Shown here piece after piece: positions 11,720 through 22,372 of a stretch of 64,000 nucleotides of DNA; within the stretch, counting starts at the first letter, position 1; the number at the start of each line of letters is the position of its first letter. The position numbers and the translations under genes are program-made. The notes under the pieces were generated by a model that was given only the letters and a program-made list of their open reading frames with translations, was not told the origin of the DNA and did not search any database. Origin of the DNA: Naegleria gruberi (lineage: Eukaryota); the NCBI GenBank assembly GCA_000004985.1, contig GG738859.1. The stretch is one strand, 5' to 3'.

Positions 11720-14700
11720 TTATTCAGATTCTAATTGATTTGAAAGTTCTAATGCTTCTGATTGAGTTTGAATTAAATCTGATGGAACATCAACACATAA
11801 AATCTTAATTAAATATGGAATAGATTCAAAATTATATCCAACTTCTTGATAACTCTTAAAGTGTTGTAAAATCTCTACCAATTTAATACATTTACCAAAG
11901 TTAATAAATATAGTACCATTTGATTGTCTAAAGGTAGGTTCAATATCACATTCTTTCAATTCATCTAAATAGGAATTTACCAATGGAATGATTGGTAATT
12001 TAATTGAATTTAATCGATTAATTAAATTCTCTCTTGCTTGTGGATTTTTATCTGAAAAGTAAGTTTCATGATATAAACGATAAATCTTTTTAGATTCCTT
12101 TGACCAACTCTTATTTAATCTCAAAATGGCATGATTACTCAATCCACAATATATTGAATATAATCCAAATAAATTATTCATGGCAAATAATTCTTCACAT
12201 ATTTGATTAAATTTGTTAATAATTTCAATTCTCTTATTTAAATCTCTTTCACGTAAAATTAAAGTCACAACCCACAATTCACAATCTCTCTTTCTCTCTA
12301 ATAGTGAAGAGAGATGTGGTAAATAATCTTTTTGTTTGGTGGATGCACAAATTTCCTTATTATCAATTTGTTTAAAGAATTCAAAATCTATTAAAGTTAA
12401 TTGTCTTGCAATTTCAGTTGAATTCCATGCAAGTAAATCAAATGAAGGAACAAATGAAGTTAGTAAATTCAATTTCAATTTGGAAAATCCATTTGGAATG
12501 ATTGGATTTGGTTTCTTTTTAGAATCTTCATTGGATTGTTCTTTAATTCCCAATAAACAATTAATGAGTGATGATTTAACTTGTTCTAACAAGTAAAAAC
12601 ATTCAAATGCAACTTGTTTAATAACAAGTGTCAAATCATTATCTAAAAATTGAATTAAATTACAAATGAATGGTTGTGTCATATCTGTGAAATGTTTTTC
12701 AATCCACAACTTGATTGAAAGTGTAATATTTAACACCATTTCACTCTTATGTTCAATTTCAGGATCTTGAGCAAATTTAAATAAAATCTGACGAATCATG
12801 AGCAATAATTGATGTGGTGTTGTAAAGAATAAATAACTTGAAAAGAATATCTCTGCATAGGTTAATTTAAAATCCAAATTATTGTTGTTAGCAACATTTG
12901 CACCACCACTACCATTTGAAATATTTGATTGTAAATTACTATTACTTGATTGAGTATTGTTATTAATTGGAGATGATACTTGATTATTAGATGATGATAG
13001 CAGTAAACTATTTGTATAAATATTTGGATTGATAAATAATTTTTCAACAAGATTTTCCAATTTTGAAAAATTCATCTTTTCCAACTCCTCAACTGATAAA
13101 TGTGGAGTATCTCTATTAACATGTAAAGTACCACCCAATTTTAATAGATATTCCTTATGTGATTGTTGTTTTTGTATTAAATCTTCAATTGAATCAACTT
13201 GTTCATGTTGATAAATTTCAATCAAATCGTACAAGACATCACGAACACTTGAAAAAGTTTCAGTCAAAGTTGGGAAATAACAATAGGATAATACACTTGC
13301 TAATATTGATTTCCATTTAGGATTTCTATCTGAAAGTAATTGTGTTAAATGTGTTTTATCAAATGTTAAATGTGACATTCCAATTTTAGCTGTTAATTGT
13401 GTTGGAATGTTAAATTGTTTTGTTGTTGTTGTTGATAGTTTAATATTACTTTCATTAGAATTATTAACATCACTATTATTACCACCATTATTATTATTAG
13501 TATTATTACTATTGTTATTATTATTACTATTAATATTAATATCATTTAATTTAATATGTTCATTAATAAATATAAAAGGTTTAAAAGTTTCTAAAAATGG
13601 TTCTAAATAAGATTGAAATAAAACTCTCTTATGTTCTGAATCCAAATAAGGAGATAATAAAACAACAGATAAAAGGAAATGTAAAGACTTGTCAAAAATT
13701 TCATAAAAAACTAAAGTTTGTGAATCATTTTCATAAATTGAAATTGTCAATTCATCAATTAATTGTTTCATTTCCATTGAACATGTTTCATCACTGAAAC
13801 CTCCTTGACCTTGACCTCCTAATAAATGATTAATTAGTAAATCTTTAAATTTAGATAAAAGTTGATTTGTTTTTTCACTAAATATTTCACTTTTAGGTTT
13901 TAAATATAAATTTACAATAATCTTGTTAAATAATTCCATATAAACTTCATGAAAACAAATTTGTACTTGATTTTGATTATGAATATTCATTAACATGACA
14001 GTTACTTGTAAAATGTCAACTAATGAAAGAATTTTTTCAGATTCAAGTGAAGAGAAATATTCAACAATCTTTTCATCACTTGAATTCTTTAAAATGTGAT
14101 AAAAACATGCAAATAAATCTCCCAATTCATCTTTAAATGTAATACAATCAGAAATTGAATCTTTTTGTTCAATTACTTTTTTAACAAAATCAAAATATAA
14201 ATTTCCAATAAAATTTCGATCTTTTTGTGATTGAATTCTAGAATCAAAATCTAATTTTGTTAAATGATTCTTTAAAATTCTCAATGATAAACCTTTCAAT
14301 TCATCAGTTTTTTGTGTTAAACCATAAATAATACAATCAATTAATTTGGAAATTATAAATTGATTCTCAGAATTTTGAATAATAAAGAAAATATCATCAT
14401 GTTCAATAAATAATTCAAGAAATTGTAAAATATAGAAAATTGCAACATCTCTTGTCTTGTCATTTGATAACTTGTCTTGGAAATAACTAAAATATTCAAT
14501 CATTATTTCTCTAATATATTTAAAATCAAGAATTGGAACTAAATCTCTCAAAAATAATGAAAAATCCAAATTAAAATTGGTAGCAGCTGCATAAATAGCT
14601 GCATCTTTAAATCTCTTCTCATAACACTCCAATAGGAGAGGTGCAATGGTGTGAATTAATTGTTTCAATCGACTCATGAAAATGTTTGGATCAAATTGTT

Positions 14701-17700
14701 GAGAGGAAACCTTTTTAAATTCCTCATCTCTCACAATGTGAATATTCTTTGTAATCAAATCAAAGAAGAACCAACCAAATTTGATTACATCAACTCCAGT
14801 AAAGGAAATTTCAGAGACTTTTCTAGGATTTGCCTCAGCAATAATCTTTTGAGTATTGAAATCGTCAATGACAATTTGTTTTTGTTTGCTACTGCTGCCA
14901 CCACCACTGCTGCTGCCAGTTGAAGAAGTGTTGGATACTTTTCTCCTCTCACGTGTGATAAAATCCTTAAATTCCTTCACTTGACCCTCTGCTTGTTTTC
15001 CATTGGGTCTAGTTTCCATCGAGGTGAATAAAAAGGTAGAAATTTGTTTGTGTGAATCAATATTCTTTGCCAAACCATTTTGTGGTTTAAAATTGAGATC
15101 AGAAACCTTTGGTGAAAAGACTCCCAACTCTATGATTGGTTTCTTTCTATCTTTTTGTCTTGATTCTTGCCAATTTTGAATGAAATTTAACATTTCATCC
15201 ATTAACATTTTGTATAATGGTTCTTCCATATCTGGATATTGTCTTGAAAAGTAAGAAATAAAAGTTGAAATGTAATAATTATTTCTACCAAATGAAGAAG
15301 AAACAGTTTCAATTCCACTTAAAAAGAATAACAAACATGACATGGCACGTGAAATAATTTCAGGTACAATAACCTTAGTTCTAGTTCCATATTGATTAAA
15401 ATTCTTAATTATAACCAATGTTGATAATAAAGTTAAAAGACCATTAATTACTTTTGGAGTGTGATTCAATAATTCTGCAAAATTAGCATCTCTTAAATTA
15501 TCTAACTTTGACATGACATCTAATAATATTTCCTCTCTATTAACATCTTCATTCTTTTTAGTAGATTCAAATGTATTGTAAAATCTATCACATGCATCAA
15601 GGAATGAAGCAGCAAATGGATCTTGAGTATAAAAAGAAGTTAACGCTTTTGTTTTGATATTTAAATAAGATGAATGTGACATTGGAATATCTGTTTGTAA
15701 ACTTAAATAATTATCAACTAATTTTGGTGATTTAAATATTGTTAAAGTATGATAACCATCTTTTACAATACAATGATTAGTAACATCTCTTAAATATGCA
15801 AAACCAATTAATTGAGTATTTGTAATACCATCAGATGAAATATCCATATCACTATTTTGTGGAGCTTTTCCATCTAAACCTTTTGAAATATCCAAATCAA
15901 AAAATTCAAATAAAACATGTGACTTGTCAACAATATTGGCAGATGATGGAATTTCCAATCTAATTTCGTCATAAAATTGAGGTGAAATTTTCTTAAATGT
16001 GATTGAAGAATAAAAATAGTTAAATCTATTAGAATCATTAAATGAATCTGCCATTCTAGATTCTCTTGTTGAAGTGATCATATCATTCTTCTTATATGAA
16101 ACTTTAATATAAATATTACCAGTTTTAGAAAGTGAAGATAATTCACATGTATCTAAATAAATATATAAAGTATTTCTTAAATTAAAATCAAATTGATAAT
16201 AATCTTTAGAGTTATGAAGTGATTCAACAACTGGAAATAATTTGTAAAATGTATCGAGAACAGAGAATGATCCCTTCGATTTGTCCAATCTTTTCATAAC
16301 AGTTTCAATGACATGATCATCCTGATCTGTTTTAAACATGGAAAAATCATTCTTGAATCGCATACTGGTATGAGATTGTTGAGAGGAAGCTTTGGATTTT
16401 CGAGTGGAGAAGGCATGTAAATAGGATGCTAATTTATCTCTCGTAGCTGTATTAGTTTGAAATAGGAAACGAATTGGGAGATTATTCTTATCATCATCCA
16501 TATTAAATGTTGTTGAAAAATCACTGCCACCACTACCTTGAATAGGTAAATTAGTTGAACCATTACTTGATAACCATTTTAAGAATGTTAATACATCAAA
16601 TGAACTTGAAGAATGTGATGGTATTCTATAGGCCTTGTTAATTTTAACTTGACCTTCTAATATTTCAATGGAAGAATTATCATTTTCATCTCGATTTTCA
16701 TAGAAAATCTTTTGACCCATTACAATGAATGGTTGTCTCAACATACTCGCTCTCCAATAATCATTCATTTGTGTGAGATATTTCTTCATTAACTTTTCAT
16801 TATTGGATTTATAGGCTTTCCATGCATCTTCTATTAAACCTCCACAAAATACCTTTTCAATGGTGAATGAAATGTAAACTTCTGTATGTTCTGGTTTTTC
16901 AAATACAAATAAAGCAGATGCCTTTTCAAAATTTTGTCTCTTGTTAATATTCTTAATATGTCTCTGTGTGGAATTTGCCAATTTGTTCATTGAAAATCCA
17001 TCACTACTTGATAGAGAATGTTTAGGTTCAATAAAGAAACAAAAATCTTCTGTCAATTTAACTTCAGATTTGATATCATAGAGTGAAACTTTACAAAATA
17101 AAGGTTCAGGTAAACCAAATTTTGAAAGTACAAAATCTTCATATTCAAATATTAAATACATCATCTTATCAATATTATTATAGAGTGGTTGAACTTTTCT
17201 AGTTCTGTGACATCTTTCAATTTCCTGTCCACCATTCCAAATAAAATCATTATTATAATAGGAAATTACTCTATATGGATTTTCTAATTCATATTGTGTA
17301 ATGACATTTTCTTTAAATTTAAATCCTTCAATTCTTTTTAAATCTTTAGGTCTAATTCCTTTAGCTTTAAGTTTTGTAAAAACTGATTCATTCTTCTTCT
17401 TCTTTCCGTAGAGTTGTTCATGAAGTTGTGAAACTGATTCACCTGAAATGATATCCATTTTACTCTTCTCAATATCGTGATGATGATGATTTGAGAAATT
17501 ACCAGCACTCATACTAACAGTTTGTTGTCCTGTAGTACCAATAGTATTATTATTATTATTTGAATAACTTGTTGATTCATCGAGTGAATTGGTTGAGCTT
17601 TCAAATTCCTTCTTTGGTTTTCTTCTAATAAAATCAAAGAATGAAGCTCTATTAACTTGTTTTTGCTTATTCAATTCAGAAATATGACCAATACTTCTAA

Positions 17701-19726
17701 CACGTGAACCTTTTGATTGATTTGAATGTGATTGATCGAAGGAATCTTCATCAGTTGGTGGATGATTTCTAGGACTTGCAAAATCACCACCTGTATTTGT
17801 ACTTGCTGTATTATTATTTAATGGATTATCTTCATCTTCATCATCACTGTCAATTCTACCAAATACACTTCCTCTTCTCGTATGACCTAAATCTTCAAAG
17901 GAAGCAATTGTACTTCTTTCTGGATGTGGTTGAGTGAATGATTGTGAACTCATTTCAGCTGTCATTCTCTTACTTGAGATTGGACTTAAATTACTTGAAC
18001 TTGATGTCATTTGATTTCTACTATTAGCAGGTGAATTATATGGATTTGATGAAAATGATGATCTAACAGCTCTATCCAATAGAGTTTGATGACGATAAGA
18101 TCCTTGTAATTGAATCACTGTTGATTTACCCATATCTTCATACATTGAACGTGTATTTGGTGAAAATGCAAAATGATCATTAATATTATTAATATTATCA
18201 CCTAATACCATTATACTCGATGAATCATCTTCACTATTACTATTAATATCTTCTTCATCGTCATGAGTAGTAGTACCATTCAATTGTGGAGAGTGTTGTT
18301 GTGAATGCGATTGGTGTGAAGTGATTAATTCTTGTTTTGATAATTTTTCAGCAAATAAATCTCTAGGTTGTGTAAAATTAATTGGTTGACTAGTATAACG
18401 TGGCATACCAATTGAACTATTATATTCAGAATTATTTAAATTAATAGCTTGATCTGAAAGTGAAAATTTGTTATAACTAGCACTTAGATTAGAATTAAAA
18501 CTACCTTGTGAAACATTTTTCTTACTCAATTGAGTATTAAAATGTTCATTTGATAAATCTGATTGTGAATTTGGTGCAACTTTAAGTAAATTTTGATTTT
18601 GTTTTCTATTCGAAAGTGTTGCTGTCTTTTCCAATTCTTCAATTTCATCATCATCTTCAATATCTTCACTATATGTTAATTCATTAGAACTTAACACATT
18701 TAAATTATTTGCAGTTGTTGATGGTGATGTTAAATGTTGTTGTTGCGTAGTTATTGAACCACCAACACCAACACCACTAGCATTAGTAGCAATGTTATTA
18801 TTACTATGATTATTATTACCAATGGTTATAGTTGGTTGTTGTTGAGGTTGTAATTGACCCATAGCTAATCTATTTGGATTACCAATCATTAATAAATGTC
18901 TTTCCAATTCATTTTCATAAAGAGATGATGATGATTGTTGTTGATATTGATTATTAATTTGTTTACAATACAAATAAGGTGGTGCAACTTGTTTATAATT
19001 AGATAAATGATCCATTGTTAAAACCATCCAATCTCCTAGAATCATATTAACAGTTTCTTGATCAATTGATTTAAATCTATTTGGTTGTTCTTCCAATCTT
19101 TCTAAGAATGGTCTTAAATCTGAATGATAACGTTCATTAATTGGTAATTCATTACAATCTTTAACAAGATGAAATGGATTGCTTATTACTTGTTCTTCTT
19201 TTTCTTCTTCATCATTATTAGTAATGGTAGTAGTAGTAGTATTAGTGGTTGTAATATCATTATTATTTATATTATTAGTAGAAGTAATTTCCTCTTCTTC
19301 TTGTTGTTGAAGTTCAATTGATGTACCTTCTATTTGACTAGTTGTTGTTGTTATAGTATTATTGTTATCAATATTTGATTGTTGTTGTTGTTGAAGACTC
19401 GACGATTCTAAATTATTATTAATTTGTACATTATTTGATGATGAGGATGATGATGTTTGACTAGTTGATACAATATTAGCAGTACTATTATTACTATCAA
19501 TATCAATATTATTATTATTGTTATTGGAAGTGGTAGTGGATGGAAGAGAAGAACTAATAGTAGTACTGTTGTTGTTATTTAAATTACATAAAGATTGTTC
19601 CTCAGCAGCAGTATGTTGATGCAAAGGCTGTTGTTGTTCTTCTTGTTGTGGATTGTTTCGAATAATTATTTCCTCCTCAACATTTTGATGATGGTTTAAT
19701 GATGGTGGAGGTGATGATGATGACAT
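11720..19726 (-). CDS. Large 2668-aa single-exon protein: N-terminal low-complexity region, DOCK-type DHR-1 (C2-like) domain at about 15.7-16.2 kb, REM (RasGEF_N) at about 12.7-12.95 kb, CDC25-type RasGEF catalytic domain at the C-terminus (about 11.72-12.43 kb)
   Basis: RasGEF: NSTEIARQLTLIDFEFFKQI, NKFNQICEELFAMNNLFGLYSIYCGLSNHAILRLNKSW, PIIPLVNSYLDEL...FINFGK. REM: LTYAEIFFSSYLFFTTPHQLLLMIRQILFKF...IKLWIEKHF. DHR-1: RNTLYIYLDTCEL...NIYIKVSY...FNYFYSSITFKKISPQFYDEIRLEIPSS...SHVLFEFFDL...IGFAYLRDV...VKDGYHTLTIFK, which parallels DOCK2 RNDIYITLLQGDF...NVEVIMCV...[27 protein letters not shown]...IHLRFMFRH...FAMSYVKLM. Confidence 0.75.
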   Translation of the reverse strand: MSSSSPPPSLNHHQNVEEEIIIRNNPQQEEQQQPLHQHTAAEEQSLCNLNNNNSTTISSSLPSTTTSNNNNNNIDIDSNNSTANIVSTSQTSSSSSSNNVQINNNLESSSLQQQQQSNIDNNNTITTTTSQIEGTSIELQQQEEEEITSTNNINNNDITTTNTTTTTITNNDEEEKEEQVISNPFHLVKDCNELPINERYHSDLRPFLERLEEQPNRFKSIDQETVNMILGDWMVLTMDHLSNYKQVAPPYLYCKQINNQYQQQSSSSLYENELERHLLMIGNPNRLAMGQLQPQQQPTITIGNNNHSNNNIATNASGVGVGGSITTQQQHLTSPSTTANNLNVLSSNELTYSEDIEDDDEIEELEKTATLSNRKQNQNLLKVAPNSQSDLSNEHFNTQLSKKNVSQGSFNSNLSASYNKFSLSDQAINLNNSEYNSSIGMPRYTSQPINFTQPRDLFAEKLSKQELITSHQSHSQQHSPQLNGTTTHDDEEDINSNSEDDSSSIMVLGDNINNINDHFAFSPNTRSMYEDMGKSTVIQLQGSYRHQTLLDRAVRSSFSSNPYNSPANSRNQMTSSSSNLSPISSKRMTAEMSSQSFTQPHPERSTIASFEDLGHTRRGSVFGRIDSDDEDEDNPLNNNTASTNTGGDFASPRNHPPTDEDSFDQSHSNQSKGSRVRSIGHISELNKQKQVNRASFFDFIRRKPKKEFESSTNSLDESTSYSNNNNNTIGTTGQQTVSMSAGNFSNHHHHDIEKSKMDIISGESVSQLHEQLYGKKKKNESVFTKLKAKGIRPKDLKRIEGFKFKENVITQYELENPYRVISYYNNDFIWNGGQEIERCHRTRKVQPLYNNIDKMMYLIFEYEDFVLSKFGLPEPLFCKVSLYDIKSEVKLTEDFCFFIEPKHSLSSSDGFSMNKLANSTQRHIKNINKRQNFEKASALFVFEKPEHTEVYISFTIEKVFCGGLIEDAWKAYKSNNEKLMKKYLTQMNDYWRASMLRQPFIVMGQKIFYENRDENDNSSIEILEGQVKINKAYRIPSHSSSSFDVLTFLKWLSSNGSTNLPIQGSGGSDFSTTFNMDDDKNNLPIRFLFQTNTATRDKLASYLHAFSTRKSKASSQQSHTSMRFKNDFSMFKTDQDDHVIETVMKRLDKSKGSFSVLDTFYKLFPVVESLHNSKDYYQFDFNLRNTLYIYLDTCELSSLSKTGNIYIKVSYKKNDMITSTRESRMADSFNDSNRFNYFYSSITFKKISPQFYDEIRLEIPSSANIVDKSHVLFEFFDLDISKGLDGKAPQNSDMDISSDGITNTQLIGFAYLRDVTNHCIVKDGYHTLTIFKSPKLVDNYLSLQTDIPMSHSSYLNIKTKALTSFYTQDPFAASFLDACDRFYNTFESTKKNEDVNREEILLDVMSKLDNLRDANFAELLNHTPKVINGLLTLLSTLVIIKNFNQYGTRTKVIVPEIISRAMSCLLFFLSGIETVSSSFGRNNYYISTFISYFSRQYPDMEEPLYKMLMDEMLNFIQNWQESRQKDRKKPIIELGVFSPKVSDLNFKPQNGLAKNIDSHKQISTFLFTSMETRPNGKQAEGQVKEFKDFITRERRKVSNTSSTGSSSGGGSSSKQKQIVIDDFNTQKIIAEANPRKVSEISFTGVDVIKFGWFFFDLITKNIHIVRDEEFKKVSSQQFDPNIFMSRLKQLIHTIAPLLLECYEKRFKDAAIYAAATNFNLDFSLFLRDLVPILDFKYIREIMIEYFSYFQDKLSNDKTRDVAIFYILQFLELFIEHDDIFFIIQNSENQFIISKLIDCIIYGLTQKTDELKGLSLRILKNHLTKLDFDSRIQSQKDRNFIGNLYFDFVKKVIEQKDSISDCITFKDELGDLFACFYHILKNSSDEKIVEYFSSLESEKILSLVDILQVTVMLMNIHNQNQVQICFHEVYMELFNKIIVNLYLKPKSEIFSEKTNQLLSKFKDLLINHLLGGQGQGGFSDETCSMEMKQLIDELTISIYENDSQTLVFYEIFDKSLHFLLSVVLLSPYLDSEHKRVLFQSYLEPFLETFKPFIFINEHIKLNDININSNNNNNSNNTNNNNGGNNSDVNNSNESNIKLSTTTTKQFNIPTQLTAKIGMSHLTFDKTHLTQLLSDRNPKWKSILASVLSYCYFPTLTETFSSVRDVLYDLIEIYQHEQVDSIEDLIQKQQSHKEYLLKLGGTLHVNRDTPHLSVEELEKMNFSKLENLVEKLFINPNIYTNSLLLSSSNNQVSSPINNNTQSSNSNLQSNISNGSGGANVANNNNLDFKLTYAEIFFSSYLFFTTPHQLLLMIRQILFKFAQDPEIEHKSEMVLNITLSIKLWIEKHFTDMTQPFICNLIQFLDNDLTLVIKQVAFECFYLLEQVKSSLINCLLGIKEQSNEDSKKKPNPIIPNGFSKLKLNLLTSFVPSFDLLAWNSTEIARQLTLIDFEFFKQIDNKEICASTKQKDYLPHLSSLLERKRDCELWVVTLILRERDLNKRIEIINKFNQICEELFAMNNLFGLYSIYCGLSNHAILRLNKSWSKESKKIYRLYHETYFSDKNPQARENLINRLNSIKLPIIPLVNSYLDELKECDIEPTFRQSNGTIFINFGKCIKLVEILQHFKSYQEVGYNFESIPYLIKILCVDVPSDLIQTQSEALELSNQLESE

Positions 19727-20390
19727 TGTTGTAATACCAATATTGTGTTAAAGGCTTCTTGGTAGTACTCTGGAAGGAGTTCAACAAACACTATTGGAAA
19801 ATGTGAAGATTATTTTTTTTAAAAAGAGCTCTTGTCAAACAAAAGAGACATAACGGTAATTTGGTTTGACATTTTGACAGCCACTGACGAAGAGTTGACG
19901 TCCCAGTGTTAAAATTGTTAACACAACCGAAATGGTTCTAACTCTTTTGAGATCCTCAATTAAATTGTTAAGAATTCGGTACATACAATAACAACCAAGC
20001 AACTCATGATGGTTATGTGTAGGTTCGTTTCATAAATTGATTTAAAAAAAGGCTAAATTATTCAACACTACTGTTGGTTGTTTTTTTGTTGCATCACAAC
20101 AAATTGTTATTTTAAATATTGCTTACCTAATGATATTAATTGCCTCACACATTATCATGATAGGAGGGTGAACGTGACATTAAATTAGTTGGGAATGTAT
20201 GAATATCTTGAAAATTTCATCAACATGTTGATGCACCAATATATAATTTCTTCCATCATAAGAAAAGGCTTTTTAATAATTCACAAGCTACAACAATATC
20301 CAAAACAAAAAGCCTTCATCAACAGCCAGACAGCGTTCAACAATATTTTAGAATATTTTTAGGAGGGAAAAAAGAAAAAATTGAAAAAAA

Positions 20391-22367
20391 ATGAGCAAGA
20401 CAACAACAAGAACATCTTCGGAAAGTAAATTAGCCTTTACATCATCGGAGGCTATTAAAAAGATGGCTGATGGTATCATTTCGGATAAGAAGAATACAAA
20501 TAATTTGGTTAAATTAACAGAGTTTTTAGAAGAATTATTTCCTTTATCTTCTCAAAAACATCGTAAACTTGCTCTTCAAACAATTTCATCACTTGTGGAT
20601 GTTTTTAGTCACTTTTTTGAGGAAGGAACTCTTATATTAACAGTAACAGAATCAAAAAATCAAAAAGATGCTGTCGCTTGTGATGTTAGTAAAGAAAAAT
20701 CGATACAAAAAAAGGAATATATGAAATGGATTTATGAACAATATGTTTCATTCACAAAATATTTACCACTTTATGCTGTTCACTATTTTACTAAATTTAA
20801 TGAAAATTATGAAGAAATTGAAACTGTTATTAAGGCTATTTTGGATCTTTCTAAAAAGGAATTAACTTCTGCTAGTGGATCAACACTTGTTGAAATGGAA
20901 AGAGAAAGAAATAGAATTAACACTATTATAAATGAAGGTCCATTCGGTTCTTTTATTTATCATTTGATATATGACCCAAATAACAGTGAAGGAAAAGAAT
21001 TTGTTATCACTTGTCTTAAAGAATATATTTTCAAATTCCATGATTTGAGATTTTTTGCTTACATTTCATTGACAAATGCTATCAGAAAGATTCGTTCAAA
21101 GAAGAAGAGAATGCTTACATATCCACAACTTTATGATAATGTTTTGCAAATTATTGATGGTATTCCAATAATTGATGTTATTGGTAGATTTTATTTATAT
21201 GATGGTTATGATTATGATAGTGATGAAGTAAATAGTGATGAAGAAGATGGAATGGATGAAGATGGTCCAAATGAAGATGGTATTCCAGATGATTTTATGA
21301 TGGATCCTGAATTGGGTGATTTGAGTTCATTGACTTTACCAAGTTCTCAAAAGAAATCAACAGAAGAAAAGAAGGAAAGCGAAGAAAAGGATGAAGAAAT
21401 GAAGGACGAAGATAAGGAAAATAATTTACTTGATCCAGATGTTCACATTAATGCCTATACAAACTTTTGGCTTGCCTTCTTACAAATACCAGAAATGACT
21501 AGATCTGTTTATGAAAAAGTTTTGAGAAAGATGAGCACAGAAATTATTCCACAATTTGAAGATCCATTCTTGTTGAATGATTTCATTTCTAATTCTTTTG
21601 ATCAGGGAGGATTGGTTGCACTTCTCTCAGTTAAGAGTTTATTCATTTTGATTACCGAGTATAATTTGTAAGTTTGAAGAGTTTTTAATACTAATTAATG
21701 TAGAGTTTATGACCAATTTTATAACAAGATTTACGCTATCATTGAACCATCTCTTTTCACTATGGATGATAGACATGAATTTTTCGAGTTGCTTGATACA
21801 TTTATGAAATCTACCCATTTACCTGAATATTTGGTGGCTGCCTTTGTGAAAAAGCTTGCTAGAATTTCATTATTCGCACCTGCTTATGCCTGTAATTATA
21901 TTCTTGCTGTTATTTATAATCTTGTTTCTAGACATCCACAAATTAGTTTCTTGGTTCAAAAAGGAGAAATTGAACCAAAGTATCTTTCAAGAATTCAAAA
22001 GAAATATTTAATGGAAAAGAATTCAGAAATTTATCTGAAAGATAACCGAAAGATTGTAGATCCTTTTGATCCAAATGAAAAAGATCCAAAAGAATGTAAA
22101 GCAATGCAAAGTCAACTTTGGGAAATTGAGACTTTACTTTATCACTCGAATGGAGAAGTTGCTAAATTTGCTAGAGATATTAAGAGACATTTCCTTGAAG
22201 GTTTCCCTCTTTTTGATATTAAGAAATATACAACCATCACAACAGAAACCATGTTTGCAACAATATCAGAAAAGAAAAAGTTTGTAAAGCTTTCAGGTGT
22301 TGAACCTCCAAAATCATTATTTGGAAGACAAGCTGATCATAACGTGTTTGGTCTATTTGATTTATAA
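20391..22367 (+). CDS. NOC4: NOC4 (nucleolar complex protein 4, CBF/Mak21 family). Exons 20391..21667 and 21704..22367.
   Basis: Matches human NOC4L: ...SLFILITEYN-L-VYDQFYNKIYAIIEPS (SLFVLITQHNLEYPDFYRKLYGLLDPS), HLPEYLVAAFVKKLARISL (HLPAYLVAAFAKRLARLAL), LVSRHP, DPFDPNEKDPKECKAMQSQLWEIETLLYHSNGEVAK (DPYDPGEEDPAQSRALESSLWELQALQRHYHPEVSK). The 36-nt intron (GTAAGT...GTAG) is needed to splice across the codon tt|a. Confidence 0.85.
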
Positions 22368-22372
22368 AATTT

